This document shows positions 40,427 through 49,755 of a stretch of DNA of 64,000 nt, piece by piece; within the stretch, counting starts at the first letter, position 1; each line of letters opens with the position of its first letter. This stretch comes from an uncultured Solirubrobacteraceae bacterium (GTDB lineage Bacteria; Actinomycetota; Thermoleophilia; Solirubrobacterales; Solirubrobacteraceae), in the NCBI GenBank assembly GCA_964588985.1, contig CAZPQW010000002.1, positions 64,001 through 128,000 of the forward strand. Direction: 5' to 3'. The position numbers and the translations under genes were made by a program. Under the pieces are notes generated by a model that was not told where the DNA came from, searched no databases, and saw nothing but the letters and a program-made list of their open reading frames with translations.

Positions 40427-41608
40427 ATGCTCACATCTCGTCGTATCCGTCGGACGCTCCTCGTCGCATCCATCTCGCTGTTCCTGCTCGCCTTCGGTGT
40501 CCCATCCGCGCTCGCCGCACCGACGGTCACCGTTCGCATCGAGGGCGAATCCTCGACACTCGTGCCGAAGACATCCGTCACGCTGAGCGCGCCCGAGCCT
40601 GTCAGCGGCTGCCCCGCGAACAGCGTCGCGGCCGCGATCAACCTTGCGGTGGGCGGCAACTGGGATCACGGCGAGGCCAACGGCGGCGCCGGCGACTTCA
40701 CCGAAACGATCCTCGGCGAGACGCACTCGTTCACGCACGAAGCCGACACCTGGGCCGAGTGGGTCAACTACAAATGGGGCGGCGGCATCTGCACGGACCT
40801 CCTCAGCGAAGGCGACGAAGTGGTGATGGTCGCCGACCACGAGCCGGAACCGCTCTACGTGCCGACCGTCCTGCCGCTCGTCGTCGCCGAAGCGCCGGCC
40901 AGCGTCCAGGCGGGCACGCCGTTCACCGTCAAGGTCAGCGCCGTCCACATCCCAGCCGGGATGTTCGCCGAAAAAGGCGAGGGCGAAGCGCAGCCGATCG
41001 AAGGCGCCACAGTGTCCGGCGCTGGTGCGACCGCGACCAGCTTCGCCGGCGGGGCCGCGACCCTCACACTCGACACCGTCGGCAACGTCACCCTGCGCGC
41101 GACGAGGGCTGGAGACGCTCCCTCGGCGGGCTTCGTCGTGTGCGTGCACAACGGCAACGACGGCAACTGCGGTACGACGAGCGCTTCAACCACCGGATCG
41201 ACCGCGGCCGGTGGCGTCCTGCCGTTCACCGCCTACAAAGGCCCGTTCGCGCTCGTCGCCCACGCCAGCGACCTGATCGACGGCCACGTCTACCCGCGCC
41301 GGCTCGCCCCACGCGTGCTCGCCGGAACGATCGCCGCCCACACCGCCGTCACGTCGGTGAGCACGGAGCTCCGTCGCCGCTATCGCGGCCGCTGCTCCGC
41401 ATACGACGGCGACCGGGAGCGCTTCGTCTCGGCGCGCTGCGGCAGCGGCAGCTTCTTCAAGGTCTCGAACGGAGGAGCGTTCTCCTACCTGCTGCCATCC
41501 GCGCTCGCGCCAGGCCGTTATGTCCTCGACATCGAGGCGAGCGATGCGGCCGGCAACGTCACCACGCTCGCGCGCGGGACCTCGAGGCTCGTGTTCTATG
41601 TCCGGTAG
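40427..41608 (+). CDS. Secreted protein with DUF4430-like N-terminal domain and Ig-like domains
   Basis: Signal peptide, VTVRIEG, FTETILGETH...W..WVN....G.C...L.EGDEV; first gene after the riboswitch. Confidence 0.75.
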   Translation: MLTSRRIRRTLLVASISLFLLAFGVPSALAAPTVTVRIEGESSTLVPKTSVTLSAPEPVSGCPANSVAAAINLAVGGNWDHGEANGGAGDFTETILGETHSFTHEADTWAEWVNYKWGGGICTDLLSEGDEVVMVADHEPEPLYVPTVLPLVVAEAPASVQAGTPFTVKVSAVHIPAGMFAEKGEGEAQPIEGATVSGAGATATSFAGGAATLTLDTVGNVTLRATRAGDAPSAGFVVCVHNGNDGNCGTTSASTTGSTAAGGVLPFTAYKGPFALVAHASDLIDGHVYPRRLAPRVLAGTIAAHTAVTSVSTELRRRYRGRCSAYDGDRERFVSARCGSGSFFKVSNGGAFSYLLPSALAPGRYVLDIEASDAAGNVTTLARGTSRLVFYVR

Positions 41609-42125
41609 GACGGCGCTTGTCTCGGCGCTGGCGACGGTCGCGGCGTGGGGCGCCGCGACCGCGTCGGCCGACACGCCACGCGCCGCTCGGACGGCGGCCT
41701 CGGGTCCAAGCGTGCAGGACACGATCGTGGGCGTCGGCGGCAGGGTCCTCTCGCGGACGCGCACCGTCACCGCGTCCGCGAGCTCGGTGCGCATAGGTCA
41801 CAGGAGCTGCGCCGTGGCCGCCGGCACGCCGCTCGCGGTGCTGCTCGCCGTCCGCCGCGCCGGCGGTCCCGGCTTCGCGCTGCGCGACTACGGCAGTTGT
41901 GGATCCTCGCCGGCGAACTCGGGCCAGCTGTTCGTGTACTCACTCGGCGGGGAGACCAACCGTGGCCAGAACGGCTGGGAGTACGAGGTCGACGGGGTCG
42001 TCGGCAGCGCGGGCGCCGCTGACCCCAGCGGCCCGGAGGGCAACGGCCGGCGTCTGCGCGCGGGCGACCGCGTGGTGTGGTTCTGGTGTGAAGCCTACCG
42101 AGGCGGATGCAGGCGAAAGCCGTGA
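41598..42125 (+). CDS. Secreted DUF4430 (transcobalamin C-terminal-like) protein
   Basis: LFVYSLGGE.N.G..GWEYEVDG...LRAGDRVVW. Confidence 0.75.
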   Translation: MSGRTALVSALATVAAWGAATASADTPRAARTAASGPSVQDTIVGVGGRVLSRTRTVTASASSVRIGHRSCAVAAGTPLAVLLAVRRAGGPGFALRDYGSCGSSPANSGQLFVYSLGGETNRGQNGWEYEVDGVVGSAGAADPSGPEGNGRRLRAGDRVVWFWCEAYRGGCRRKP

Positions 42126-43054
42126 TCGGCCGGGCCGCATCCGCGCTTGTCCTGCTCGCCACCGCGACGCTCGCCGGCTGCGGACTCGGCGCCGGGCCGG
42201 CGCCCACCGCCGTGCGGCTCGCGGTGACCCGCGACTTCGGCGCGAGCCCGCTGCCTCACGCGGGCGCCTTGAAGATCAGCGGGCAGGAGACCGCGATGAG
42301 CCTGCTGATCCGCAACTACTCGGTCGCCACCCGCTACGGCGGCGGCTTCGTGCAGAGCGTCGACGGTCTCGGCGGCGGTCAGGAAGTGGGCAGGCCGATC
42401 GACTGGTTCTACTACGTCAACGGGGTCGAGGCGAGCAAGGGCGCCGCCGCCACGAATGTCCACCCTGGCGACCACATCTGGTGGGACCGGCACGACTGGA
42501 GTCAGACCGACCACATCCCGGCGGTCGTCGGATCGTTCCCCGAGCCGTTCCTCAACGGCATCGAAGGCAAGCGCCTGCCCGTGCGGATCGAATGCTCGGT
42601 CGTCTCAGGGATCGCCTGCCGGACCGTCGCCGAGCGAATGCGTGCGCTCGACATCCCCGCGGCGATCGCCGGGGTCGGCATCGGTGGCGCCGCCGCCACG
42701 TTGCGCGTGCTCGTCGGGCCGTGGTCGAAGGTGGCGGGCGACCTCGACGCGCGCTCGATCGGCGACGGGCCGCGCACGAGCGGCGTGTATGCGCGCTTCT
42801 CGTCGGATGGACGCACGCTCACGCTGCTCGACGAGAGCGGCGCCTCGACACGCGCGCTGTCGGCCGGCGCCGGGCTCGTGGCGGCGACCCGCCGCGAAGG
42901 AGACGCGCCCGTGTGGGTGATCACCGGAACCGACGAAGCCGGCGTGAATCTCGCCGCCGGCGCGTTCAACGAGGGCGCGCTGCGCGACCGCTTCGCGGTG
43001 GCGCTCACAGCGGGCGAAACGCTCGCGCTCCCGACACAGGCGCCCAAGTCGTGA
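42107..43054 (+). CDS. DUF4430 domain lipoprotein
   Basis: Lipobox LAGC; YGGGFVQSVDG...WFYYVNG....GAA...V.PGDHIWW. Confidence 0.88.
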   Translation: MQAKAVIGRAASALVLLATATLAGCGLGAGPAPTAVRLAVTRDFGASPLPHAGALKISGQETAMSLLIRNYSVATRYGGGFVQSVDGLGGGQEVGRPIDWFYYVNGVEASKGAAATNVHPGDHIWWDRHDWSQTDHIPAVVGSFPEPFLNGIEGKRLPVRIECSVVSGIACRTVAERMRALDIPAAIAGVGIGGAAATLRVLVGPWSKVAGDLDARSIGDGPRTSGVYARFSSDGRTLTLLDESGASTRALSAGAGLVAATRREGDAPVWVITGTDEAGVNLAAGAFNEGALRDRFAVALTAGETLALPTQAPKS

Positions 43055-43956
43055 GCGCGCTCGCGGGGGTCAGCCGCATCGCCTACCGGCGTCGCGCGAG
43101 CGCGCTGCACGCCACCCGCGCCCCGATCGTCGCCGCGTTCGGCGCCGCGCTCGCGAGCTCCGCGCTGATCGTCGAAAACCCGGTGCTGCTCGGGGCGCTG
43201 CTCATGGCCGTGCTCGTCGCCGCGTTCGCCGCTCGCATCGGTCGCCAGATCCTCGCCGCGGTCCGCGTGACCGCGCTGCCGGTGGTGGCGCTGATCGTGC
43301 TCGTCAACGTGCTCGACAACCGCGGCGGGCTGACGGTGTTCGCGCGCCTGGGGGACTGGGGCGTGCTCGGGCAGGTGAACCTGACCGTCGAGGCGGTCGT
43401 CTACGGGCTCGTGATCGCGCTGCGGCTGCTCGTCGTGATGCTCGCGTGCCTGCTCGTCGTGTGCGCCGCGGACCCGGACGAGCTGCTGCTCGCCTGCCGG
43501 CGCATCTCGCCACGCTCGGCGCTCACCGCGACGCTCGCCACGAGGCTCATACCCGTGCTCGGCAGGGACGCGATCCGGCTGGCGGAGGCGCAGCGCTGCC
43601 GTCCGGACGGCGGGGCGCGGGGGGTGCGCGGCAAGCTGGAGATCCTGCGCGCGACCGTCGGCGGAGCGCTCGACCGCTCGCTCGACGTGGCCGCGGTGCT
43701 CGAGATGCGCGGCTACGGCGCGCGCAGACGAATCCCAGCGGCCCGACGAGCCCTGTCGCGACACGACCGCGCGTTCGCGGTCTCCGCGGTCGCGGTGCTA
43801 GGCCTGTCGCTGCTCGCGCGGCTCGACGGGACCGGGGCCTTCCGGGAGTTCCCGCTCGTCCACTTCTCCGTCGATCCCTGGACGTTCGTGCTCGCCGGCC
43901 TGACGTTCGCGGTCGCGCTCGCCCCGTTCCTCGACAGGCGGGGGATCGAGCCGTGA
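43051..43956 (+). CDS. ECF transporter T component
   Basis: TM helices; coupling-helix motifs AQRCR and LEMRGY. Confidence 0.88.
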   Translation: MSALAGVSRIAYRRRASALHATRAPIVAAFGAALASSALIVENPVLLGALLMAVLVAAFAARIGRQILAAVRVTALPVVALIVLVNVLDNRGGLTVFARLGDWGVLGQVNLTVEAVVYGLVIALRLLVVMLACLLVVCAADPDELLLACRRISPRSALTATLATRLIPVLGRDAIRLAEAQRCRPDGGARGVRGKLEILRATVGGALDRSLDVAAVLEMRGYGARRRIPAARRALSRHDRAFAVSAVAVLGLSLLARLDGTGAFREFPLVHFSVDPWTFVLAGLTFAVALAPFLDRRGIEP

Positions 43957-45638
43957 GCGTCCTCGCCTTCGAGAACGTCAGCTACAGGTACCCGACAGCC
44001 GGCAGCGACGCGCTGCGAGACGTGAGCCTGTCGCTCGCGGCGGGCGAGTTCTGCGTCGTCGTCGGCCTCTCCGGCTCGGGCAAGTCGACGCTGCTGCGTG
44101 CCGCGGCCGGTCTCGTGCCGCACTTCCACGGCGGCAGCTTCGCCGGCACAGTCACCGTCGGAGGTCTCGACACGCGCGAGCACACCCCCGCCGAGATCGG
44201 CGCGGTGGTTGGCACTCTGTTGCAGGATCCCGAGACCCAGATCGTGATGAACACCGTGCGCGCGGAGCTGGCGCTCGCGCTCGAGAACCTCGGCGGCAGC
44301 TCCGCGAGCGTCGCCAGGGGGGTGGAGGAGACCTCGCTCGCGCTCGGCATCGGCCACCTGCTCGACCGGGCGACGGGCGAGCTGTCCGGCGGCGAGCTGC
44401 AGCGGGTGGCGCTCGCCGCGGCGCTCGTCGCGCGCCCGTCGCTCGTCCTGCTCGACGAGCCCACATCGCAGCTGGACCCCGTCGCCGGCGACGAGCTGAT
44501 CTGGCAGCTGCGCAGGCTCAACCAGGAGGCCGACACCGCGGTCCTGCTGATCGAGCATCGCCTCGAGCGCTGCCTAGCAGCCGCAGACCGTGTGGTCGCG
44601 ATGGCCGACGGCGCGATCGTGTGCGACAGCGACCCGCGTGGCTTCCTCGAATGGGCCGCCGAGAGCGCGCCGACGCTCCAGACGCCAGGCGCGCGGATGC
44701 TCGACCTCGCCGGCCTGCGCCCGCCGCCAAGCGGGGTCAAGCAGGCGCGCGCGACCCTGCGCGCCAACGGCCTGCTCGGCGACGAGGACGACGCGCCGAC
44801 CTCGCCGCCCGCATCGAGCGTCGCGGCCGGTCCTCGCAAGCGTCTGTTCCAGCGCGCCGGCCGGCTGCTCGGCAAACGCGACGGCGGTGAGACCCCTGCG
44901 CTGTCGCTGCGCGGCGTGTGGCACGAGATCCGCGACGGCCCCGCGATCCTGCGCGGCCTCGACCTGCGGCTGCGCCCCGGCGAGCCGGTGGTGCTGATGG
45001 GGCGCAACGGCGCGGGCAAGTCCACGCTGCTGCGCCACGCCGCCGGGCTGCTCGCGCCGACCCGCGGGAGCGTCGAGCGCAGCGGCCGCGTGGCGCTGCT
45101 GCTGCAGAACCCCGGCGACTACTTCCTGCACGAGCGCGTGGACGCCGAGACGACGCCGGCCGCGCTCGAGCTCGCCGGCCTGACCGAGCTGGGCGCGCGC
45201 CACCCGCGCGACCTCTCCGGCGGGCAGCGACAGCGCCTCGCGCTCGCGATCGTGCTCGGGGGCGAGGAGCCCGCCACTGTGCTCGCGCTCGACGAGCCCA
45301 CGAGGGGCATGGACAGGATGGCCAAGCACGTGCTCGCGGGCTGGCTCTCCGAGCGCGCGGCCGCGGGGCTCGCGGTGATCGTCGCCACCCACGACGCGGA
45401 GTTCGCCGCGGAGTTCGCCACCCGTGCGGTGCTGCTCGCGGACGGGCGCGTGATCGCAGACGGCCCGATCGAGGAGATCCTCTCCGGCGGCTGGTACTTC
45501 ACCACCGAAGCCGCCCGCATCCTCGACGGGGCGGACGGCGTGCTCGGGCCGGAGCAGGGAGCCGCGCTGCTGCGCGCGCGCCTCGCCGGGGATTCGCAGC
45601 CGGCCCGCGAGCACGCGGCCGAGGAGGTTCGCTCGTGA
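43953..45638 (+). CDS. ECF transporter tandem ATPase (A-A')
   Basis: GLSGSGKST/LSGGE/LLDEPT and GRNGAGKST/LSGGQ/ALDEPT. Confidence 0.93.
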   Translation: MSVLAFENVSYRYPTAGSDALRDVSLSLAAGEFCVVVGLSGSGKSTLLRAAAGLVPHFHGGSFAGTVTVGGLDTREHTPAEIGAVVGTLLQDPETQIVMNTVRAELALALENLGGSSASVARGVEETSLALGIGHLLDRATGELSGGELQRVALAAALVARPSLVLLDEPTSQLDPVAGDELIWQLRRLNQEADTAVLLIEHRLERCLAAADRVVAMADGAIVCDSDPRGFLEWAAESAPTLQTPGARMLDLAGLRPPPSGVKQARATLRANGLLGDEDDAPTSPPASSVAAGPRKRLFQRAGRLLGKRDGGETPALSLRGVWHEIRDGPAILRGLDLRLRPGEPVVLMGRNGAGKSTLLRHAAGLLAPTRGSVERSGRVALLLQNPGDYFLHERVDAETTPAALELAGLTELGARHPRDLSGGQRQRLALAIVLGGEEPATVLALDEPTRGMDRMAKHVLAGWLSERAAAGLAVIVATHDAEFAAEFATRAVLLADGRVIADGPIEEILSGGWYFTTEAARILDGADGVLGPEQGAALLRARLAGDSQPAREHAAEEVRS

Positions 45639-47368
45639 GCTGGCAGCTCGCGTCCTTCGCTCTCGTGCTGCTCTCGCTCGCGGTCGCCTTCTGGTGGTAT
45701 GAGCGCGCGCAGCCCACGCCCAAGCTGCTCGCCCTGCTCGCGACGCTCGCGGCGATCGCCGCGCTCGGGCGCGACGCGTTCGCCGCGATCCCGGACGTCA
45801 AGCCGATCACCGCGATCGTGCTCATAAGCGGCGTCGCGTTCGGCTCAGGCCCCGGCTTCGCCGTTGGCGCGATCTCGGCGCTCGCGTCGAACATCCTGCT
45901 CGGGCAGGGGCCGTGGACGCCGTGGCAGATGCTCGGCTGGGGGCTCGTCGGGCTGCTCGGCGCGGCGCTCGGGCGCGTCGGCTCGCGGCGGCTCGGGCCG
46001 CTGGCGCTCGCGCTCGCGTGCGCCGTCTCGGCCGAGGTGTTCAACCTCGTGGTCGACCTCTACACGTGGACGGGCGCCGGCGATCACACGCTCAGGGCGT
46101 TCGGCCTCGTGCTCGGCACGGCCGTCGTGTTCGACGTCACCCACGTCGTGGCGAGCTTCGCCTTCGGTCTCGCCTTCGGGCCGACGCTGCTGCGCATGCT
46201 CCTGCGCGTGCGCTCGCGGCTGGAGGTCAGCTGGCACGCGCCGTCGCAGGCGCCGAAGCGACTGGCAGGCGGCGGCGGGGCGGGTGCGCTGCCCGCGGGT
46301 ACTCCGCTGCTCGCGCTGCTGCTCGCGGTCCCCGCGCTCGCTGTCGCCACACCGGCCAAAGCCGATGCCCGGGTCGCCGCGGCGAGCGCCGCGCGCGTTG
46401 GCATCGCGCGCGAGGTCGCGTTCCTGGCGAGCGCCCAGAACTCCGACGGCGGCTTCGGCGGCGCCGCCGGGCAGTCGAGCAGCGAGCTGTTCTCCTCGTG
46501 GGCGGCGCTCGGCCTCGCCGCCGCGGATCGCAACCCGCTGAGCGTGCGACGGGCAGGCCACACTGTCCTCGACGCGATGCGCGCGCAGGCGGCGAGCGTG
46601 CAGAGCCCGGGGGACATCGAGCGGACGATCCTCGCGCTCCACGCGTGCGGAGCGTCGGCGCGCGCGCTGCCGGGCGGAGATCTCGTGCGCAGGCTGCTGC
46701 GCTTCCGTGCTCACGACGGCTCGTTCGTCGAGCAGGCCAACCTGACGGCGTTCGCGGTGCTCGCGCTGCGGGCCGCTGGATACGCCACGCACGACCCGGT
46801 CGTGCGCCGTGCGGCGAGCTGGCTCACGCGACAGCAGGAAGCAGACGGTGGTTTCGGCTTCGCCAAGCGCGGCGGCGGCAGCGATGTGGACGACACCGCC
46901 GCGGCGCTGCAGGCGCTCGTCGCATCCGGAGCCCGCGGCGGACAGACGGTCGCGCACGCGGTGTCGTTCCTCGTCGGCGCCCAGAACCTCGACGGCGGCT
47001 TTCCGCAGCAGAAGGGCGGCGAATCCAACGCGCAGTCGACCGCGTGGGGCGTCCAGGCGCTCGACGCGGCCTCGCGCGACGTGGAAGCGGTCACGCGGCG
47101 GGGCAGCCGCTCGCCGCTCGGCTACCTGGAGAGCCTGATCGCGGCGAACGGCAGCGTGCGCTACTCGCGCACCGGCTCCCAGACGCCGGTGTGGGTCACC
47201 GCGCAGGCGCTGACGGCGCTCGGGGGCAAGCCCTTCCCGATCGCGCCGGTAAGCCGCGCGCATCGCTCGGCGGTCGTGTCCGCGGCATCGAGGGGTGCCC
47301 TCGGCGTCGGCCTCGCTCGGGCCTTCGCGACGCTCGGCGCAGCGATCGGCGCGCTGCTCGAGCCGTAG
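45635..47368 (+). CDS. ECF S component (CbrT-like) fused to prenyltransferase/squalene-cyclase-type repeat domain
   Basis: PDVKP, SN..LGQGPWTPWQMLGWG, FDVTH; then repeats QNSDGGFG, DGSF, QEADGGFG, QNLDGGF, NGSV. Confidence 0.88.
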   Translation: MSWQLASFALVLLSLAVAFWWYERAQPTPKLLALLATLAAIAALGRDAFAAIPDVKPITAIVLISGVAFGSGPGFAVGAISALASNILLGQGPWTPWQMLGWGLVGLLGAALGRVGSRRLGPLALALACAVSAEVFNLVVDLYTWTGAGDHTLRAFGLVLGTAVVFDVTHVVASFAFGLAFGPTLLRMLLRVRSRLEVSWHAPSQAPKRLAGGGGAGALPAGTPLLALLLAVPALAVATPAKADARVAAASAARVGIAREVAFLASAQNSDGGFGGAAGQSSSELFSSWAALGLAAADRNPLSVRRAGHTVLDAMRAQAASVQSPGDIERTILALHACGASARALPGGDLVRRLLRFRAHDGSFVEQANLTAFAVLALRAAGYATHDPVVRRAASWLTRQQEADGGFGFAKRGGGSDVDDTAAALQALVASGARGGQTVAHAVSFLVGAQNLDGGFPQQKGGESNAQSTAWGVQALDAASRDVEAVTRRGSRSPLGYLESLIAANGSVRYSRTGSQTPVWVTAQALTALGGKPFPIAPVSRAHRSAVVSAASRGALGVGLARAFATLGAAIGALLEP

Positions 47369-47428
47369 GGGGTGGGCGGAAGCACGCGCCTTCAGCAGAC
47401 GTTAAGCAGCCGTCGTACCCTTGTGAAC

Positions 47429-48121
47429 ATGTCCGGACACGCCTACAGCGCTCAGGCGGCGCCCTCGCGGCGTCGTCTCCTGCCTCCGCAGTGGTCGGGA
47501 GGCCCCGCGGGCGCGGTCGCGGTGGCCGCGCTCTGCCTGGTCGCGATGGTGGTCGTGTGGGCGGCTGCCGAGCTCGTGCCGAGCGCCCATTTCAGAGACG
47601 CGGTCGTGCTGCACGACTTCATCATGCTCGGCACTCCCCGCGTAGATCAGGTGGGCAACTTCCTCCTGCACCTGCTCGAACCGGAACTGTTCGTCTTCTG
47701 GGGGCTCGCGCTCGTCGCGTTCGCGTTCGCGCGCTCGCGGCCGCGTACGGCGATCGCGGTGGTGGGCGTGCTGGCGCTCGCACCGTTCACGTCAGAGACA
47801 CTCAAGCCGCTGCTCGCGCACCCGCACGTGGTGCTCTACAACGTTGGGATCGGCCCGGACTCCTGGCCCAGCGGGCACGCCACCGCCGCGCTCGCGCTGG
47901 CGCTCAGCGCGGTGCTCGTCGCGCCTGCCCGCCTGCGCCCGCTCGTGGCCGTGCTCGGCGCGATGTTCGCGATCGTCGCCGGCTGCTATCTACTGATCCT
48001 CGCGTGGCACATGCCGAGCGACGTGCTCGGAGGCTTTCTCGTGGCGGCGTTGTGGATGGCGCTGGCGGTCGCGGCGCTGCGCGAGGCCGAGCGCCGCTGG
48101 CCGACCGGCCGCTCTATCTAA
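47429..48121 (+). CDS. PAP2 family membrane phosphatase
   Basis: LKPLLAHP, SWPSGH, WHMPSDVLGG. Confidence 0.88.
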   Translation: MSGHAYSAQAAPSRRRLLPPQWSGGPAGAVAVAALCLVAMVVVWAAAELVPSAHFRDAVVLHDFIMLGTPRVDQVGNFLLHLLEPELFVFWGLALVAFAFARSRPRTAIAVVGVLALAPFTSETLKPLLAHPHVVLYNVGIGPDSWPSGHATAALALALSAVLVAPARLRPLVAVLGAMFAIVAGCYLLILAWHMPSDVLGGFLVAALWMALAVAALREAERRWPTGRSI

Positions 48122-48533
48122 GCATGACGCTGCGCAGCGCGGAGCGGATGAGCTCGGCGAGCTGGCTGGGCGTCGTGCCGGCGCTGAGGCTGAGTATCCA
48201 GTCGGCAAGCTCGCGGTCGGAGGCCTCGATCCGGAAGCCGTTGATCTCGACGAAGGCGAGCATCGCCACCAGGGCGGTGCGCTTGTTGCGGTCGACGAAC
48301 GGTTGGCCCTCTGCGATTCCGTGTGCGAGGACGGCTGCCTGGAGCGCCAGGTCGGCCACCTCGTAGTGGGCGTAGGCGCCGGGACGGCCGAGCACGCTCT
48401 GCAGCCCGTCGAGATTGCGCAGCTGATCTTTCGCGAGCGTTGCTGTACCGCCGATGATCAGTCCATGCAGTTCCAGGATGTCCTCGAGCGTCAGGTAGAC
48501 CGGCTCGAGCTCGTGAGGCTGACCTTCCGTCAC
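48114..48533 (-). CDS. Doc/Fic family toxin with variant motif
   Basis: LTLEDILELH, QPFVDRNKRTA; directly downstream of an AbrB-like gene. Confidence 0.85.
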   Translation of the reverse strand: MTEGQPHELEPVYLTLEDILELHGLIIGGTATLAKDQLRNLDGLQSVLGRPGAYAHYEVADLALQAAVLAHGIAEGQPFVDRNKRTALVAMLAFVEINGFRIEASDRELADWILSLSAGTTPSQLAELIRSALRSVMLR

Positions 48534-48538
48534 ACCAG

Positions 48539-48790
48539 CTAGGGACGAGCGGCGTCGAGGTCTTCACGGTCAGCGAGGATCTGCAGCGCTTCGCTGTGCT
48601 CAGACACGACTCGCTGGCCGATATCGCGTATCCGCTCGCGGACTGTCTCGGTGGACATGATCCGCAGCTCGCCACCGGGCATCTCCTCGACGAGCACCGA
48701 CGACCCCGGCGCATAGCCCCGCGTCTCGAGCTCACGAGGAATCGAGATCACGTTGCTGTTGCCGACGCGGCGCACCTTCACGACCTTCAT
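48539..48790 (-). CDS. AbrB/MazE family antitoxin
   Basis: KVRRVGNSNVISIP...G..PGSSV; C-terminal HSEALQILADR typical of Doc partners. Confidence 0.88.
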   Translation of the reverse strand: MKVVKVRRVGNSNVISIPRELETRGYAPGSSVLVEEMPGGELRIMSTETVRERIRDIGQRVVSEHSEALQILADREDLDAARP

Positions 48791-48796
48791 GAGATC

Positions 48797-48820
48797 AGTA
48801 TATACACGGATATCCGTCAA
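48797..48820 (-). promoter_or_regulatory. Leaderless promoter and palindromic operator candidates of the TA operon
   Basis: TATACT 6 nt upstream of ATG; adjacent palindromes GTATATAC (48798-48805) and ACGGATATCCGT (48806-48817). Confidence 0.65.
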
Positions 48821-48863
48821 TGGGGGTGGTGTTGGATGTCCGCTTGCAGCGTGCCGTGACGCT

Positions 48864-48896
48864 CTCGACCCCGCAACCTTCGGGTTATGAGCCCAG
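48864..48896 (-). pseudogene. Fragment of initiator tRNA-Met (anticodon arm plus part of T arm); possible att scar
   Basis: Minus strand CTGGGCTCATAACCCGAAGGTTGCGGGGTCGAG; no acceptor or D arm. Confidence 0.7.
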
Positions 48897-49283
48897 TTCG
48901 GAGGTGTCGCGGGGTGTCGCCGAGTCCGCCGATCTGGCTCTAGCAATGACGATCTGGCTTCCGCCCAACCCTTCGGTAGAGCCGGATGGCGTGGGACATA
49001 TTTGCACTTTGTTCGCACCCTGCCCTCATCACGACCGTCTCTCGGTCATGCGCGTTTGGGCATGTTGTCGCTCGAGCCAGCTCCTGTGCGCGGAACCCCC
49101 TCGCCAGGTCTCCTGAGCTCGCACGCTTCGGCGAGTGCTTCAAACAGATCGGCGGCAAGGGGAAGAAATGTGCGATCGACGTATTCACGCGGCGTCGGAC
49201 CGTCCGCCAGCGAGTAGATAACTCCCCGGTCCGCCACCTGCTGAATCGCGACCATCACCTCACTCACGCGCCGGCAGCGTTCG

Positions 49284-49547
49284 CTAGTTCTCGGGGCGTT
49301 CGACCGGCGTGTTGGCCGTTAGCCGGAGTTCGCGACGGCGGCTAAGCCATTTGACGGTGTTGAAGATGCCGAGAAGGAGAACAAAGAATGCAGCGTTACC
49401 AGTGGTCGTTTCGAAACTGTGGCCGGTAGCCGTGCCGACCACAACCACGATGAAGATGACCGCCACGTATTCGAGCCATCGTGGCTGCCGTTTGACAAAG
49501 CCGTCGAAGCGGTGCAGCCGTTCGAGAAAGTCGTCCACGCGCCGCAT
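49284..49547 (-). CDS. Small two-TM hypothetical protein
   Basis: Two clear hydrophobic helices. Confidence 0.55.
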   Translation of the reverse strand: MRRVDDFLERLHRFDGFVKRQPRWLEYVAVIFIVVVVGTATGHSFETTTGNAAFFVLLLGIFNTVKWLSRRRELRLTANTPVERPEN

Positions 49548-49755
49548 CTCAGCTATGAGTCTAACCGCGTAAGTCGTGGTTTTGGAGAGGCATGTTCCTT
49601 CCTTCGGAACTTGCCAGGGGCGGGTCTTCCTCCATGTCAGGCGGGGAACGGAGATCGCGGCCGAGACCCACCAAGGCCACGAGACTATTTCTCTGTGATT
49701 GCTGCATACACTGCATCATATGTGTTGTCAGCGTCTCCTGTGGTAGCCTGTCTTC

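Noticed and set aside
46380-47240. Squalene-hopene cyclase or terpene biosynthesis
   Set aside because: Single short barrel fused to an S component under a B12 riboswitch; SDVDDTA resembles DxDD but also fits the generic repeat, and no pathway genes are adjacent
48864-48896. Functional tRNA-Met gene
   Set aside because: No acceptor stem, D arm or complete T loop
48940-49345. Short ORFs in the accessory patch (e.g. 49046-49267 minus)
   Set aside because: Competing frames, no motif or clear start signal; may be gene remnants
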